This document shows positions 1-13,179 of a stretch of 64,000 bases of DNA, one piece after another; positions within the stretch are counted from its first letter, which is position 1; each line of letters starts with the position of its first letter. The notes beneath the pieces are model-generated. The model was not told where the DNA came from. It saw only the letters and a program-made list of their open reading frames with translations, and searched no databases. The translations under genes were made by a program, and so were the position numbers. Location: assembly GCA_963735805.1 (NCBI GenBank), contig CAVTMK010000002.1, positions 1,632,001-1,696,000 on the forward strand. The letters are read 5' to 3'. The DNA comes from an uncultured Verrucomicrobiae bacterium (GTDB taxonomy: Bacteria; Verrucomicrobiota; Verrucomicrobiia; Chthoniobacterales; UBA10450).

Positions 1-365
1 GGAGGGCCCATCTCAGTTTGGAACTCGAGAGATTTGTATTTTTCGAGAATATTCTTCGGAATTCGCGGGAACTTGAGACCGCGGATGACTCTGACAACCA
101 ATTGGTCAAGGAGCTTGTTCGGAGGAATCGTGGTCACTCTGATTTGGCTGGGGCGTCCAGCGGCGTCTATCTGAAATGAGAACTTCTTCGTTACGTTCCC
201 GAGCTCGCGATGCTTCGCAAGCTCCGGCATCAGTGCGCCCGCAACGATTCGAGTGACCTCGGCCATGTACAAATCAACTGCGGGCTATAGCGAGTCGGCC
301 TTTGCACGAGTCGCTAGCGCGCAAACGCACGCGAGCAGGATCGGTGAAGCTAATTTGGCGCGCAT
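1..365 (-). pseudogene. Secreted TonB/TolA C-terminal-like protein, interrupted; probable gene cassette running off the left edge
   Basis: Manual translation from ATG 365: MRAKLASPILLACVCALATRAKADSL*PAVDLYMAEV...FSFQIDAAGRPSQIRVTTIPPNKLLDQLVVRVIRGLKFP. It has a signal peptide, an in-frame TAG and a TonB_C-like pattern, and it starts 3 nt after GTTAGGT. Confidence 0.45.
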
Positions 366-368
366 GAG

Positions 369-386
369 ACCTAACGAGAATTAGAC
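369..386 (-). mobile_element. attI-like integron recombination site (GTCTAATTCTCGTTAGGT)
   Basis: GTTRRRY core preceded by an inverted GTCTAAT box. 16/18 identical to the site heading the cassette array at 53652-53669. Confidence 0.55.
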
Positions 387-413
387 CTAATTTTTCCGTC
401 TAATCCAAGCGTC

Positions 414-2984
<2,571 letters not shown>

Positions 2985-3032
2985 GTTTGCAAAGATAGTG
3001 AACGCAACGCGCAGAGGCAATCGCGCGTGATT

Positions 3033-3138
3033 ATCATTCCGAGCGAAGCGAGGAACCCCGGAGGCCGGGCTCGGATCAGACAAGTTCACATTGTGATCGG
3101 CGATTACCGGGGAGGTCCTTCGCTGCGCTCAGGATGAC
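3033..3138. repeat. REP-like inverted-repeat element
   Basis: ATCATTCCGAGCGAAGCGAGGAACC ... GGTCCTTCGCTGCGCTCAGGATGAC imperfect inverted pair in the clpB/MFS divergent intergenic region. Confidence 0.7.
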
Positions 3139-3202
3139 CGCACGAGCAATGACTATGCTCGTCCATTGCAGGCGTGCTTCATCCCGTCTATGAGTGTTTG
3201 CG

Positions 3203-4477
3203 ATGGAGGAGAAAGAAAAATGGATTGGAGAAAAAGCGCTGGCGCTTTTGCGGCACGGCCCGTTTCGCCGCTACATTATTGGCTCACTGATTTCCGATAG
3301 CGGCACCTGGATGCAAATGATGGCACAAAGCTGGGTGCTGAGCGGGCTCACAAACAAGGCCATCCTGCTTGGACTGGTTAATTTTGCCGCCGGATTGCCC
3401 GCGCTTGCACTCGCTCCCACCGCCGGGTCGCTGGCTGATAAATGGGATAAGCGCAAGATCCTGATCGCTACGCAAATTGTGCAGATCATTTTCGCAATTG
3501 CCCTGGGATTCTTGGTATTGAGCGGGCGTATTCAGATTTGGCACATTATCTTTTTTGCGTTTCTCCTGGGCGTTGCGTTCTCATACGAAATGCCGGCCAT
3601 CTCTGCTCTTGTGCCCGAGCTGGTGAAACGCGATCAGATCGCAGCGGCCGTTGCAGTTGATCGATCCGTATTTCACGGGTCGCGTCTAATCGGACCTTCA
3701 CTGGCAGGCTTCTTTGTCGCGTGGTGGGGTGCCGCAGCGGCATTTTTCGCAAACGGGCTTTCTTTCGTGGCCCTCATCATTGCACTCGTGTCACTGCCGA
3801 AGAGACCGATTGGCACGCCTGAGGAAGAAGCCCAACGTCGCAGCGGCATCATGGAAGGTTTTCGCTATGTCCGCTCAAATCGCGTTGTTCTGTCTCTGAT
3901 CGCCTTGATCGCGTTGAACACGATTTTCGTTTTTCCGGCGATCTCAGTGATGCTGCCACTTTATGTGCGCGATATTCTCCATTTGGGTGCGCAAAGCATG
4001 GGAGGACTGATGGCGGTATCTGGCAGCGGCGCCTTTCTCGGGTCGATTGGCCTGCTCAGCGTTGCGCGCAAGAACCGCTTGCGATTCATGGGCGGCAATG
4101 TGTTCGCGATTGCTGTGGGAGTGTTTTTCATGTCGCGGTCGCAAAGTTTCTTACTCACGGCCTGTGCCATGGGTGCCATTGCCATCGCGCTTTCGATGAA
4201 CTTCGGTTTGACTAACACGATTGTGCAGGAACAGGCGCCGCCGCATCTGCGTGGCCGGGTCTCTGCCGTAGTGGGTATGAGCTTTTTCGGGTTAATGCCC
4301 ATTGCCGGACTGATCACGCCTGGCTTTTCCGATCTGATCGGAATGCGAACAACACTAGCTATCGCCGCGGTGGTATACGGAATCGCCGCGGCTCTAGTTT
4401 TAAGTCTGGCTGGGCGTCACGTGTGCGACCACGCCGTTTCACCAGCCCCGGAGCCCGAGATCGAGCCGGTCTGCTGA
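3203..4477 (+). CDS. MFS transporter (MFS_3 / H+ antiporter-like)
   Basis: About 12 hydrophobic segments, motif A GSLADKWDKRK, C-terminal PPHLRGRV. Alternative GTG start at 3194. Confidence 0.9.
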   Translation: MEEKEKWIGEKALALLRHGPFRRYIIGSLISDSGTWMQMMAQSWVLSGLTNKAILLGLVNFAAGLPALALAPTAGSLADKWDKRKILIATQIVQIIFAIALGFLVLSGRIQIWHIIFFAFLLGVAFSYEMPAISALVPELVKRDQIAAAVAVDRSVFHGSRLIGPSLAGFFVAWWGAAAAFFANGLSFVALIIALVSLPKRPIGTPEEEAQRRSGIMEGFRYVRSNRVVLSLIALIALNTIFVFPAISVMLPLYVRDILHLGAQSMGGLMAVSGSGAFLGSIGLLSVARKNRLRFMGGNVFAIAVGVFFMSRSQSFLLTACAMGAIAIALSMNFGLTNTIVQEQAPPHLRGRVSAVVGMSFFGLMPIAGLITPGFSDLIGMRTTLAIAAVVYGIAAALVLSLAGRHVCDHAVSPAPEPEIEPVC

Positions 4478-4595
4478 TAATCAACCGTGGCGTTTCGCAG
4501 AATGGAGCGGCGGGCGCCGAGCGACATGGACGAGAAGCCCGAAGGGTGAGCGAGGTGGCACGAGCGAATCAAGCGCCTTACAGTTTGTTAGGCCG

Positions 4596-5511
4596 ATGAT
4601 TTCCTTTTCCACGGGTTGGAACTCCGAGCGCCATACTACTGGCGACGCAATGCTGCGTGAAATCAAAGCCAAACTTGGGTTTGATTTGATTGAGCTGGAT
4701 CACTCTGTCCGAATGTCGCTGATGCCGGGAATTCAAAAGATGTTTAATGCCGGAGAAATCCACTTCAGCAGTTTGCATAATTTTTGTCCGCCACTTCCCG
4801 AAGCCACGGTAACTTCGATCGACTGTTCTAAATTTTCAGCCGCGTCAGCCGCCGAACGTGAGCGCGCTGTCATACAAACATTTCAATCGATTGATCTCGC
4901 CGCGCAATTAAGCACCCCATTCATCGTATTACATCTGGGACAGGTGAACATGAACCCAATAACCCATCGGTTGATTGCGATGGCGAAAGCCGGCAGATAC
5001 CTGTCGCGCGAGTACGTGAGAATGAAAATCGGTGCCGTGCAAGAACGCGAAAAGATTGCGCCCGAATGTCTGGAGCGCGTGAAAGATTGTCTGCGTCGCA
5101 TTGTAGAGTATGCGGCTCCAAAAAATGTTAGGATTGGTTTGGAAGCCCGGCGCGATTATGAACAAATTCCAACTGAACGCGAACTGGTGGAGCTACTTGA
5201 CCAGATGGACTCACCGTTCCTTGGTTATTGGCATGATTTCGGTCACTCGCAGATCAAAGAGAACCTGGGATTCCTCGATCACGCCGAGTGGCTGCGCGCG
5301 GTCGGTACCACGTGCGTTTGGCTGCCATGTGCACGACTGCGTATGGCCTGCGCGAGATCATCAACCGCCATTTACCGGAGGTATTGATTTTGAAAAACTT
5401 GTTCCGCTCCTTCCTGCAAACTGCTTATTTGTCTGGGAGATGAACGCGAACAGGACAGCCGATGCGATTCGCAAGTCGGTCGAAATATGGGAGGAACGTT
5501 TCGGCACATGA
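4596..5511 (+). CDS. Sugar-phosphate isomerase/epimerase (xylose isomerase-like TIM barrel) with a +1 frameshift near 5307
   Basis: IGLE, YWHDFGH, then HVHD...DHQPP...FVWE in the next frame. The stop overlaps the next ATG (ATGA). Confidence 0.8.
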
Positions 5512-6536
5512 AAAAAATCCTGGTCACTGTTTTCCAGGTCAGCGTCACCATCGCGGTGCTTTACTGGGTCTACCACGATCCTAGCAGGCGGGCGCAGATG
5601 GTTGAAGCGATCCGAAACGCTCAGTATCGCTGGGTTGCCATGGGGATTCTGGCATACGCGCTGGTGGAAATCGCTGCCGCTTTTCGCTGGAACGTTCTGT
5701 TGAAGGTCCAAAAGATCCATCTGAGTCTTCCCAGGCTCTCGGGTTTGTTCCTTATAGGAATGTTTTACAACCAGTTTCTCCCCGGAGGAACGGGCGGCGA
5801 TATCATGAAAAGCTATTACCTGCTCAAGGAAACACCGGACAAGAAAGCTGGGGCATTGCTCGCCGTCGTGTTTGATCGTTTCATTGGTCTTGTTGCGTTG
5901 GTCGCCATTACTGTCACGCTCATTGGACTGCGCTATGATTTTCTCGCACAAACTGCCGAGACGCGAAATTTGCTCTGGATCCTCCTTTTCCTGCTCGGCG
6001 TATCGGTCCTGACGCTGATATCCACTTTTGTAATCAGCGGATTTAACCTGTTTCATTCATTGCCAGAGAAGTTCCCCGGCCGGGACAAGTTGATCGAGAT
6101 TTCCGCAGCTTATCACCTTTACGCACATCATTGGCGCGCGACGCTCGTCGCGTTTGGAGCATCTCTGGTCGCGCACCTGGCCACGTTCTCAACTTTTCTC
6201 TGTGCGGCGTACGCACTGGGCGCCCCCGTGCCAGTGGTAAACTTTTTTGCGGTGATGCCAGTGGAACGCACCATCTCCGCACTGCCCATTAGTTTCGCGG
6301 GAATCGGCCTTCGGGAAAAGATCCTGCAGATCATGCTCAGCAGCCTTTGCGGCGTACCGGAAGCCAAGGCCATTCTGATTGGTTCCCTGAGCTTCCTCAT
6401 CATCCTTGTCTGTTGCCTGCCCGGTGCGATCGTTTATCTCTTTTACAAACCAAGCGGCGCGGCCGGGCGCGTAAAAATGCGCGAAATGGAACACGAAGTA
6501 GTCGCCCTGGAACGTAAGATTGGCGAAACGGAATGA
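5508..6536 (+). CDS. Lysylphosphatidylglycerol synthase TM-domain / UPF0104 flippase-like membrane protein
   Basis: FYNQFLPGGTGGD, DRFIG and LPISFAGIGLRE motifs; multiple TM helices. Confidence 0.88.
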   Translation: MKKILVTVFQVSVTIAVLYWVYHDPSRRAQMVEAIRNAQYRWVAMGILAYALVEIAAAFRWNVLLKVQKIHLSLPRLSGLFLIGMFYNQFLPGGTGGDIMKSYYLLKETPDKKAGALLAVVFDRFIGLVALVAITVTLIGLRYDFLAQTAETRNLLWILLFLLGVSVLTLISTFVISGFNLFHSLPEKFPGRDKLIEISAAYHLYAHHWRATLVAFGASLVAHLATFSTFLCAAYALGAPVPVVNFFAVMPVERTISALPISFAGIGLREKILQIMLSSLCGVPEAKAILIGSLSFLIILVCCLPGAIVYLFYKPSGAAGRVKMREMEHEVVALERKIGETE

Positions 6537-6558
6537 CGTTTCCTTTCGACGTCCATTG

Positions 6559-7263
6559 ATGAAGCGCAAACGTCCGCGCCCGTTTGTCGTCGCCACCTTC
6601 GCGATGACCGTCGACGGCAAGGTTACCACGAAACACCTGTCGCCAGTCGATTTTACTTCACGTGAGGATAAGTTGCATTTGTTTCGTCAGCGTGCTTCAG
6701 CCGACGCGGTAATCATCGGACATACCAGTTTGAAACGTGACAATGTCCGGCTCGGTTTGCCAGTTAAAATGCAGGAAACCAGAATGAAGCGCGGTCAAAC
6801 TCGCGGTCCATTACGCGTGATTGTTTCCAACGAAGGCAAAATCGACCATCGCTTGAAAATTTTTCAGTCGGACATTTCGCCCATTGTCATTTTCTCTACC
6901 AAACGAATGCCGCGAAAATATCAGCATGCCTTGGAGAAAAAAGCGACGCTCCATCTCAGCGATGCAGGTCATATTGATCTTGTCGTTATGCTGCAAACAT
7001 TACGCAGCAAATACAGGGTTCGCACACTCGAATGCGAAGGGGGCCCAACGCTTTTTCGGGCTTTGTTGGAACATGGCCTGGTCGATCAGCTCAATTTAAC
7101 CATTGCGCCGCACATGTTTGGTGGAGCAAAGGCTCCGACGCTGACAGGGGTGAGCAAGAAATTCCTGCCTGCCAGTGTGCATTGTTTGTTGTCCGATATG
7201 CGAATTGTCGGCGACGAATGTTTTCTTACGTATCGAATCAAGCATCAGCGGCGCCGAAATTAG
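6559..7263 (+). CDS. RibD C-terminal domain reductase (dihydrofolate reductase-like)
   Basis: AMTVDGK, R..ADAVIIG, ECEGGPTL, LVDQLNLTIAP motifs. Confidence 0.88.
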   Translation: MKRKRPRPFVVATFAMTVDGKVTTKHLSPVDFTSREDKLHLFRQRASADAVIIGHTSLKRDNVRLGLPVKMQETRMKRGQTRGPLRVIVSNEGKIDHRLKIFQSDISPIVIFSTKRMPRKYQHALEKKATLHLSDAGHIDLVVMLQTLRSKYRVRTLECEGGPTLFRALLEHGLVDQLNLTIAPHMFGGAKAPTLTGVSKKFLPASVHCLLSDMRIVGDECFLTYRIKHQRRRN

Positions 7264-7441
7264 GCGCCTCCCTGCGACGTGGTCGCCGGACAAGTTCACC
7301 GCCGCAATTTGGACAAACGAAATTCATTTGTCCGGCACAACTTGCGCAGTACGTGCATTCGTAGCTGCAAATATATGCCGTCCCGTCCGGTGCGACTGTG
7401 GTCCTGCATTTTTCGCAGATTGTTTTGAGTTCCAACGCCAT
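7238..7441 (-). CDS. DUF1272 family small Cys-rich protein
   Basis: CEKC...ICSYECTYC..C....CPNCGGELVRRPRR signature. Confidence 0.85.
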   Translation of the reverse strand: MALELKTICEKCRTTVAPDGTAYICSYECTYCASCAGQMNFVCPNCGGELVRRPRRREAPNFGAADA

Positions 7442-7578
7442 TTCTCAATCTCGTTTCTAATCTGCAGGAGCACCTCAAATCATTCAACGCTGGAAGCTAA
7501 CTCCGATCGCTCTTTTGTTTTTAACGTGCGATTGCGAGCCATTGTATGTACGCTCGCGGTCTTTTCTGGAGGAACAGT

Positions 7579-10062
7579 ATGCTCAAACCAGTAAAATGTT
7601 TTGTTGCGATTGGAATTATAGTCGCGTCACAAACGACCGGATCCATTGCTGCCGACGCTGACTGGGACAGAACGGTCTTGCCCCGACCACCTCAGCCCTT
7701 TCAAGGTGTGGCCAAACGTACACTGGAAGGATCCGTGGCAGCCTTTACCCCTCCCGTGAAGGCTCCGCCGAATGCGCCGAATGTCCTGCTCGTCTTGATC
7801 GACGACGCGGGATTCGGTAATCCATCCACGTTCGGCGGTCCCGTGGCTACGCCTACATTGGACAAAGTTGCTGCAGAGGGACTTCGTTACAATCGATTCC
7901 ACGTCACGGCGCTTTGTTCACCGACGCGCGCAGCGCTGCTATCGGGTCGAAACCATCACGCGGTCGGATTTGGGTCGATCTGCGAACTCATCGGCGGCTG
8001 GCCCGGGTATAGCACGAACTGGCCGACTAGCGCGGCATCCATAGCGAAGATTCTTCAGGGCAACGGCTATAACACGGCTGCGATCGGTAAGTGGCATCTG
8101 ACACCTGATTCACAGCAGGGCCCTGCCGGCCCTTTTGATCGCTGGCCAAACGCACTCGGCTTCGATTATTTCTGGGGATTTCTCGGTGGCGAAAGCGGTC
8201 AGTTCGATCCGGTAATCACAGAGAATAACAGCATTATAGGCGTGCCAACGGAGAAGAACTTCTATTTAAACGACGCGATGGTAGAACACGCGATTACCTG
8301 GATTCGCGATCAAAAAGCACAGGCGCCAGATAAGCCTTTCTTTCTCTACTTCTCGACTGGGGCAACTCACGCGCCACACCAAGTTCCGAAGGAATGGAGC
8401 GACAAATACAAAGGCAAATTTGATCAAGGCTGGGACAAGTTGCGCGAAGAGACGTTCGCCCGACAGAAACAGCTCGGCGTGATTCCGAACAACGCCAAGC
8501 TTACTCCTCGTGATCCGGCGTTCCCGGCTTGGGACAGCCTACCGGCGGAAGTAAAGAAACTGTATTCGCATCAGATGGAAGTTTACGCGGGCTACCAGGA
8601 AAACGCTGACCACGCCGTTGGGCAGGTCGTCAAAGCTATTGAGGATATGGGACTCGCCGATAACACGTTGATTATTTACATCTTTGGTGATAACGGCGCC
8701 AGCCTGGAAGGGACCGAGAGCGGGACATTCAACGAAATGACTACCTTGAATGGTGTTCCCCTCACGACCGACCAGCAATTGAAAGCAATTAAAGCTTACG
8801 GCGGTCTGGACAAATGGGGTGGTCCGGATATGGCTCCACATTACGCGGCGGCGTGGGCGTGGGCTGGTAACACGCCATTCAAGTGGGGTAAGCAGGTGGC
8901 CTCACATCTCGGCGGTATTCGTAATCCCATGGTTATCGCGTGGCCAAATCGCATCAAGGACAAAGGCGGTTTGAGAAGTCAGTTTACTCATTGCACCGAC
9001 ATTGCGCCGACGATCCTGGAAGCCGCTGGCCTGCCAGAACCAAAGGAAGTCAACGGCGTACCTCAGATGCCAATGCAGGGCGCAAGTTTTCTCTCCACAT
9101 TCGATGATGCCAAGGCGCCCTCGCAACACACGCAGCAGTACTTCGAGATTTTGGGAAACCGCGCAATGTATAAGGACGGCTGGCTGGCATCCTGGCGACT
9201 GGACCGAATTCCATGGAAGATTGATCCGGAAACACTCTCGCGATTCGCACCAGGCAAATGGGACCCGAATAAGGATAAATGTGAGCTATACAATCTGGAC
9301 GAGGACTTCTCACAGGCTGACGACGTCGCCGACAAATATCCGGACAAAGTGCGCGAACTAACAGAGCTGTTCTGGGCCGAAGCCGAGAAATATCAGGTAC
9401 TGCCATTACTCGGAGAGATGGCAACGGTATGGGGATTTCCAAAGGGTTTACCGGACCAGACGAAGTTCACTTACTACAACGGAACGGAAAATATCTCTTC
9501 GGGCATGATTCCTCCTATCTATAACCGTTCGTACACCATCAGCGCAGACTTGTTTAATCCGGGGCGCCCAGGTCTCGGATTGCGGCCTGGTATGGCAGGC
9601 GTGATTGTCGCCGAGGGCAGTTTTCTTGGCGGGTTCTCGTTTTATGTGGAAAACGGCTACCTCAAGTACACCTATAGCTTGCTCGGTCTGAAACTGGATA
9701 CCATAAGTTCACGTGATGCGTTGCCTGAGGGCAAAATGAATGTGCGTTATGAATTCACCGCCGATAAGCCCGGCGAGTTCGGTACTGGCGGCACGAGCCG
9801 ACTTTTCATCAATGGCAAACAGGAAGCGGAGGCACAAATGGAGCACACCGTGCCTTTTCGGTTCGCTTCCTATGCCGGCATGGACATCGGCACTGACAAT
9901 GGTCTTCCAGTCGTCCCAAAATTCGAATACACCAAGGTATTACCGAAGTATTTCAGAGGCACGATTGAAAAAGTCGAGTTCGACCTTGGTCCGGCCAAAC
10001 TTAGTAACGAAGACCTTCAGCGCAGGTATCTGCAGCGCTTCGCTAAGGCGGTGAGCAATTGA
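7579..10062 (+). CDS. Exported arylsulfatase (Cys-type, long form with C-terminal beta domain)
   Basis: GGAGGA RBS, signal peptide, LIDD, CSPTRAALLSGR, GKWH, GDNG motifs. Confidence 0.93.
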   Translation: MLKPVKCFVAIGIIVASQTTGSIAADADWDRTVLPRPPQPFQGVAKRTLEGSVAAFTPPVKAPPNAPNVLLVLIDDAGFGNPSTFGGPVATPTLDKVAAEGLRYNRFHVTALCSPTRAALLSGRNHHAVGFGSICELIGGWPGYSTNWPTSAASIAKILQGNGYNTAAIGKWHLTPDSQQGPAGPFDRWPNALGFDYFWGFLGGESGQFDPVITENNSIIGVPTEKNFYLNDAMVEHAITWIRDQKAQAPDKPFFLYFSTGATHAPHQVPKEWSDKYKGKFDQGWDKLREETFARQKQLGVIPNNAKLTPRDPAFPAWDSLPAEVKKLYSHQMEVYAGYQENADHAVGQVVKAIEDMGLADNTLIIYIFGDNGASLEGTESGTFNEMTTLNGVPLTTDQQLKAIKAYGGLDKWGGPDMAPHYAAAWAWAGNTPFKWGKQVASHLGGIRNPMVIAWPNRIKDKGGLRSQFTHCTDIAPTILEAAGLPEPKEVNGVPQMPMQGASFLSTFDDAKAPSQHTQQYFEILGNRAMYKDGWLASWRLDRIPWKIDPETLSRFAPGKWDPNKDKCELYNLDEDFSQADDVADKYPDKVRELTELFWAEAEKYQVLPLLGEMATVWGFPKGLPDQTKFTYYNGTENISSGMIPPIYNRSYTISADLFNPGRPGLGLRPGMAGVIVAEGSFLGGFSFYVENGYLKYTYSLLGLKLDTISSRDALPEGKMNVRYEFTADKPGEFGTGGTSRLFINGKQEAEAQMEHTVPFRFASYAGMDIGTDNGLPVVPKFEYTKVLPKYFRGTIEKVEFDLGPAKLSNEDLQRRYLQRFAKAVSN

Positions 10063-10199
10063 GTAACACAGCGCACTTGATTGATGCTGTGGTCCGGAAC
10101 GCCCTGTAAAGTTCACCATTTCAACGCGCCTGAGCCGCCTTGTGTCGGATAACATGTCTACACAAACCGTTGCCCAACAGCATCTGTGTTTAACTCACC

Positions 10200-10955
10200 T
10201 CACTTCGCGAGGTGATTCATCACATTTATCAGTGGCTCGCTTGGGATGTGTATCAGGCCGCCAAAAGGTTGGTCCAGTTCGAGAATCAGAAAAATCGCAC
10301 ACGCAACTGAGAAGGCAGAGGCGACAAGGGCGAGCATGGTCGTTGCGTTCGGTGGCGCGATCACGCTGAAGCCGAAAAAAATGACCACGAGCCAGGACAC
10401 AAGAATAATTAACATTGGCTCGGAAATTGATGGTATCGACTGCGCTACCAACAGCAATCGAAGCTGACTAAGATCCACCATGAGAGTCGTCACCTGCCCC
10501 TTGAGTGCGCGTTGAGCGTCATCGTGTGGCGAAAATTGCTGGACGGTAACAAAGACCGCGTCACCAACCTGCTGGTTTGGGGCTAACTCGGCAATCCCGC
10601 CCTGGTCTGCGGGCCAAATGCGCCGAACCGCATCGGCAACAGCATCACGAAGCTCTCCGCGAGCTTGCGCAGCTTCTGGTCCGTAGAGCGTCAACACGCG
10701 GTCGAGAAAGGCAACCTTTGCTGCCATTTGGATAACTTCACTTCGTTTCGTGTCGTAGCTATCCTTCGCTGAGCTTACCAGCAATCCCAGAACGAGAGCG
10801 GTCATGGTAGCAACGAGGCCCATCGCAAGCTTCACGGCATCCTTGGAGTCGCTGCTCAAATGAGCCTCAGGAAGGTAATGATGCACACGCCTTCCCAGGA
10901 ACGCGGCGCCGACGAGACATACAAATAAAATGGCAGCGACCAGGATTAGACTCAT
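10200..10955 (-). CDS. DUF4239 / bestrophin-like membrane protein
   Basis: GLVATMTALVLGLLVSSAK and FLILELDQPFGG patterns; 4 TM helices. Confidence 0.75.
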   Translation of the reverse strand: MSLILVAAILFVCLVGAAFLGRRVHHYLPEAHLSSDSKDAVKLAMGLVATMTALVLGLLVSSAKDSYDTKRSEVIQMAAKVAFLDRVLTLYGPEAAQARGELRDAVADAVRRIWPADQGGIAELAPNQQVGDAVFVTVQQFSPHDDAQRALKGQVTTLMVDLSQLRLLLVAQSIPSISEPMLIILVSWLVVIFFGFSVIAPPNATTMLALVASAFSVACAIFLILELDQPFGGLIHIPSEPLINVMNHLAK

Positions 10956-11146
10956 GACTTCATTCGATCAACGCTGCAGGCTTGTCTTTTTGCGCAACAA
11001 TAATCCGGAAACTGGTGTGACTTTGCGTGGTGGAATCCACCTGGCTTGTCGGTGAAGATGATTGTCGCGCCTGGCGTGAAGACGCCTGTCGTCTTTCCTG
11101 GGAACTCACTCGGGACGTTAAATGACGAAAACAACGACTTCAGCAT
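10952..11146 (-). pseudogene. Possible gene fragment (VPSEF...TPGATIIFTDKP)
   Basis: Short ORF abutting DUF4239 with an ATGA overlap. It looks like a C-terminal remnant; the family cannot be established. Confidence 0.2.
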
Positions 11147-11269
11147 CGCAAATTTAGAATAATTAGATTTCCACGATGATTTAGATCGCCTTGGGTCTAG
11201 TCAATGCCTTTTTGATGCGATGCATTCGTGTGTTCCGTTGTGGCGAAGTCGACGCTTAGGATAACCCGT

Positions 11270-11896
11270 TCACCAAAGACCGGGGAAAAGGCGGTAGCGG
11301 ACCACGGCGACATAGGCTGGCCACCCGGCATCTTGAGAGAGCACTCGCTCCTCAGCGAGGATCCTGTAGACTAGAGACATCCAACCGACCAATACCAGGA
11401 GGAGTGTGCCGAAATTCCATTCCTGCAGGTTGTATCCGATGTCTCCAAGTATGTACGAAAAATAGATCGGGTGTCGGGCAATTCTGTAGGGCCCACCAGT
11501 CACCAGACCTCTCAAAGCCGGCCGTACCCCGAAGAATCTCCCCATAGTGAGAAGGCTAACAAGACTAAGACCAGCCGCGAGCGTCACCAGAACCAAGCCG
11601 GCGCCAGGCCACGCTACATACCCCGGCGACCAGCGTAAATAAATGACTTGGGCATAGGGATAAAGGTAGGCGATTCCGACAGCCACGCTGGAAGTAATTG
11701 AGTAATCCCGCACCTTCGGGTGAGGTCGCGTGAGCGCAACCCCAAGCACAATGACATGTTGTAAAACGTAAATCCAGTCTGTGATCGTGAACGTGGGAGT
11801 CAGAAAAAAAAGAAGGACTAATTCTGCTACCGTGACGCAGAACAGGAGAAGATCGGCAAACCGTCGCCTAAACATTTCAGAGACGTGCGGAATCAC
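11270..11896 (-). CDS. Isoprenylcysteine carboxylmethyltransferase / PEMT family membrane protein
   Basis: LVTGGPYRIARHPIY and RILAEERVL...Y...VRYRLFPG motifs. The start may be the downstream ATG (MFRRR). Confidence 0.85.
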   Translation of the reverse strand: MIPHVSEMFRRRFADLLLFCVTVAELVLLFFLTPTFTITDWIYVLQHVIVLGVALTRPHPKVRDYSITSSVAVGIAYLYPYAQVIYLRWSPGYVAWPGAGLVLVTLAAGLSLVSLLTMGRFFGVRPALRGLVTGGPYRIARHPIYFSYILGDIGYNLQEWNFGTLLLVLVGWMSLVYRILAEERVLSQDAGWPAYVAVVRYRLFPGLW

Positions 11897-12131
11897 TTGA
11901 GAGGTTGAGCGGCTTTATAAATTTCGGTCGACGCCAAAGCCAGCGCGTCGGAGAAATCAAACGTGGACGGTGGGATACGGTAATCCGGAAAGGGCGCAGC
12001 CGGCCACCGCGATTAAGCGAAACTCTGACGACTTTTAGGACCCGACATTAATTCCAAGGGAGAGACTTAGTTTAGCTCTGATAAGTTTACTGCCCACTTG
12101 TTAAGGCCGCACTCGTTCTTACGTTTGGCCT

Positions 12132-13154
12132 CTAGTCTTGTGAGTCGTCCTCCACGTCATCCTCAGTTACTTTCCAAGTCTTATCAGGGTTGTACTTGTC
12201 CATGCTCTGAAACGTTTTGAGCGTATCTGGTCCGAGATCTTTCTCGTAAACGACTCCGTCGGGGCCAACGATGAACGTTTGCACTCCGGTCACTCGATAG
12301 TCAGCGGGCGCAGCGGCCAGGGCGAACCCGCCGATCATGGCTCCGCCAACCACGAAGTCCATCTCTCCCATGGGCGCCGCAGGTCCCTGCCCCTTCAGCA
12401 CCTTAAAGTAGTAGCCATGATATGGCTGAGGCTGACTCGGATTTGAATATCCTTGCTCGAGCGCTTTGGCGACTTCTTCTCCGACCGGACCTCCCCACGT
12501 TCCGTCCGCGTTCTGCCATGCTAGGCCGTCATGTTTACCAGGCGTGCTGATAACTCGCTGCGCGTATTGGTTCACCTTTGAATCATCGTGCTTTTCCTGA
12601 GCATACTCGTGTTGTGCCTCAACAAACCCACGACAAATCTGAATCGCATTTAGCTCGTTAGCTCCGATTCGCCTATTTAATATCTCCTCACGGCCGACCT
12701 TTGTGTCGAAGAACCACTTCCCTTTTTGTTTCACGATCGGAATAGGAAGCGGAAAATCATCGTTCCCCACCAGGAGAATGGCCTCATTCGGATTTTTCTT
12801 GTCCAATTCGACTGAGGTCTTTTCTTTTGCCTTATTCGCAAACTCGGTCGCCCGATTTTTGTCCTGCACCGGATCTTGCGAACTGATAATATCGTCGCCA
12901 TCCGGCCCCAGAATCTCTTTCGCCGCAGCGACATCGAAATTCGCTGCTACTTGAATGAGAGCATCAGCCGCCTGTTTCGGCGTGTCGAACTCCTTTTGCC
13001 CTGGCTGAGGCGTTCCTTGGGCTTCTTGCTTCACCGCCGCTTCTTTCTTCTCCGGCGCAGCGACCGAGGCCGACACGACGAAGCTTGCTATAAGCATCGA
13101 TGCAGCAAGCAAGATCATTTTCGATGATGTCATGGTGTTTCGCTTTGTCTTCAT
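12132..13154 (-). CDS. DUF2950 family exported protein
   Basis: FPLPIPIVK...WFFD, RRIGANEL, PYHGYYFKVL, TGVQTFIV. Signal peptide follows MKTKRNTM; lies downstream of DUF3300. Confidence 0.88.
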   Translation of the reverse strand: MKTKRNTMTSSKMILLAASMLIASFVVSASVAAPEKKEAAVKQEAQGTPQPGQKEFDTPKQAADALIQVAANFDVAAAKEILGPDGDDIISSQDPVQDKNRATEFANKAKEKTSVELDKKNPNEAILLVGNDDFPLPIPIVKQKGKWFFDTKVGREEILNRRIGANELNAIQICRGFVEAQHEYAQEKHDDSKVNQYAQRVISTPGKHDGLAWQNADGTWGGPVGEEVAKALEQGYSNPSQPQPYHGYYFKVLKGQGPAAPMGEMDFVVGGAMIGGFALAAAPADYRVTGVQTFIVGPDGVVYEKDLGPDTLKTFQSMDKYNPDKTWKVTEDDVEDDSQD

Positions 13155-13179
13155 AGTCTTGTCTCCGTCGATCGTCCGC

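Noticed and set aside
2985..3194. ClpB N-terminal extension and a CIRCE heat-shock operator
   Set aside because: The extension translates a REP-like repeat, and no TTAGCACTC-N9-GAGTGCTAA was seen.
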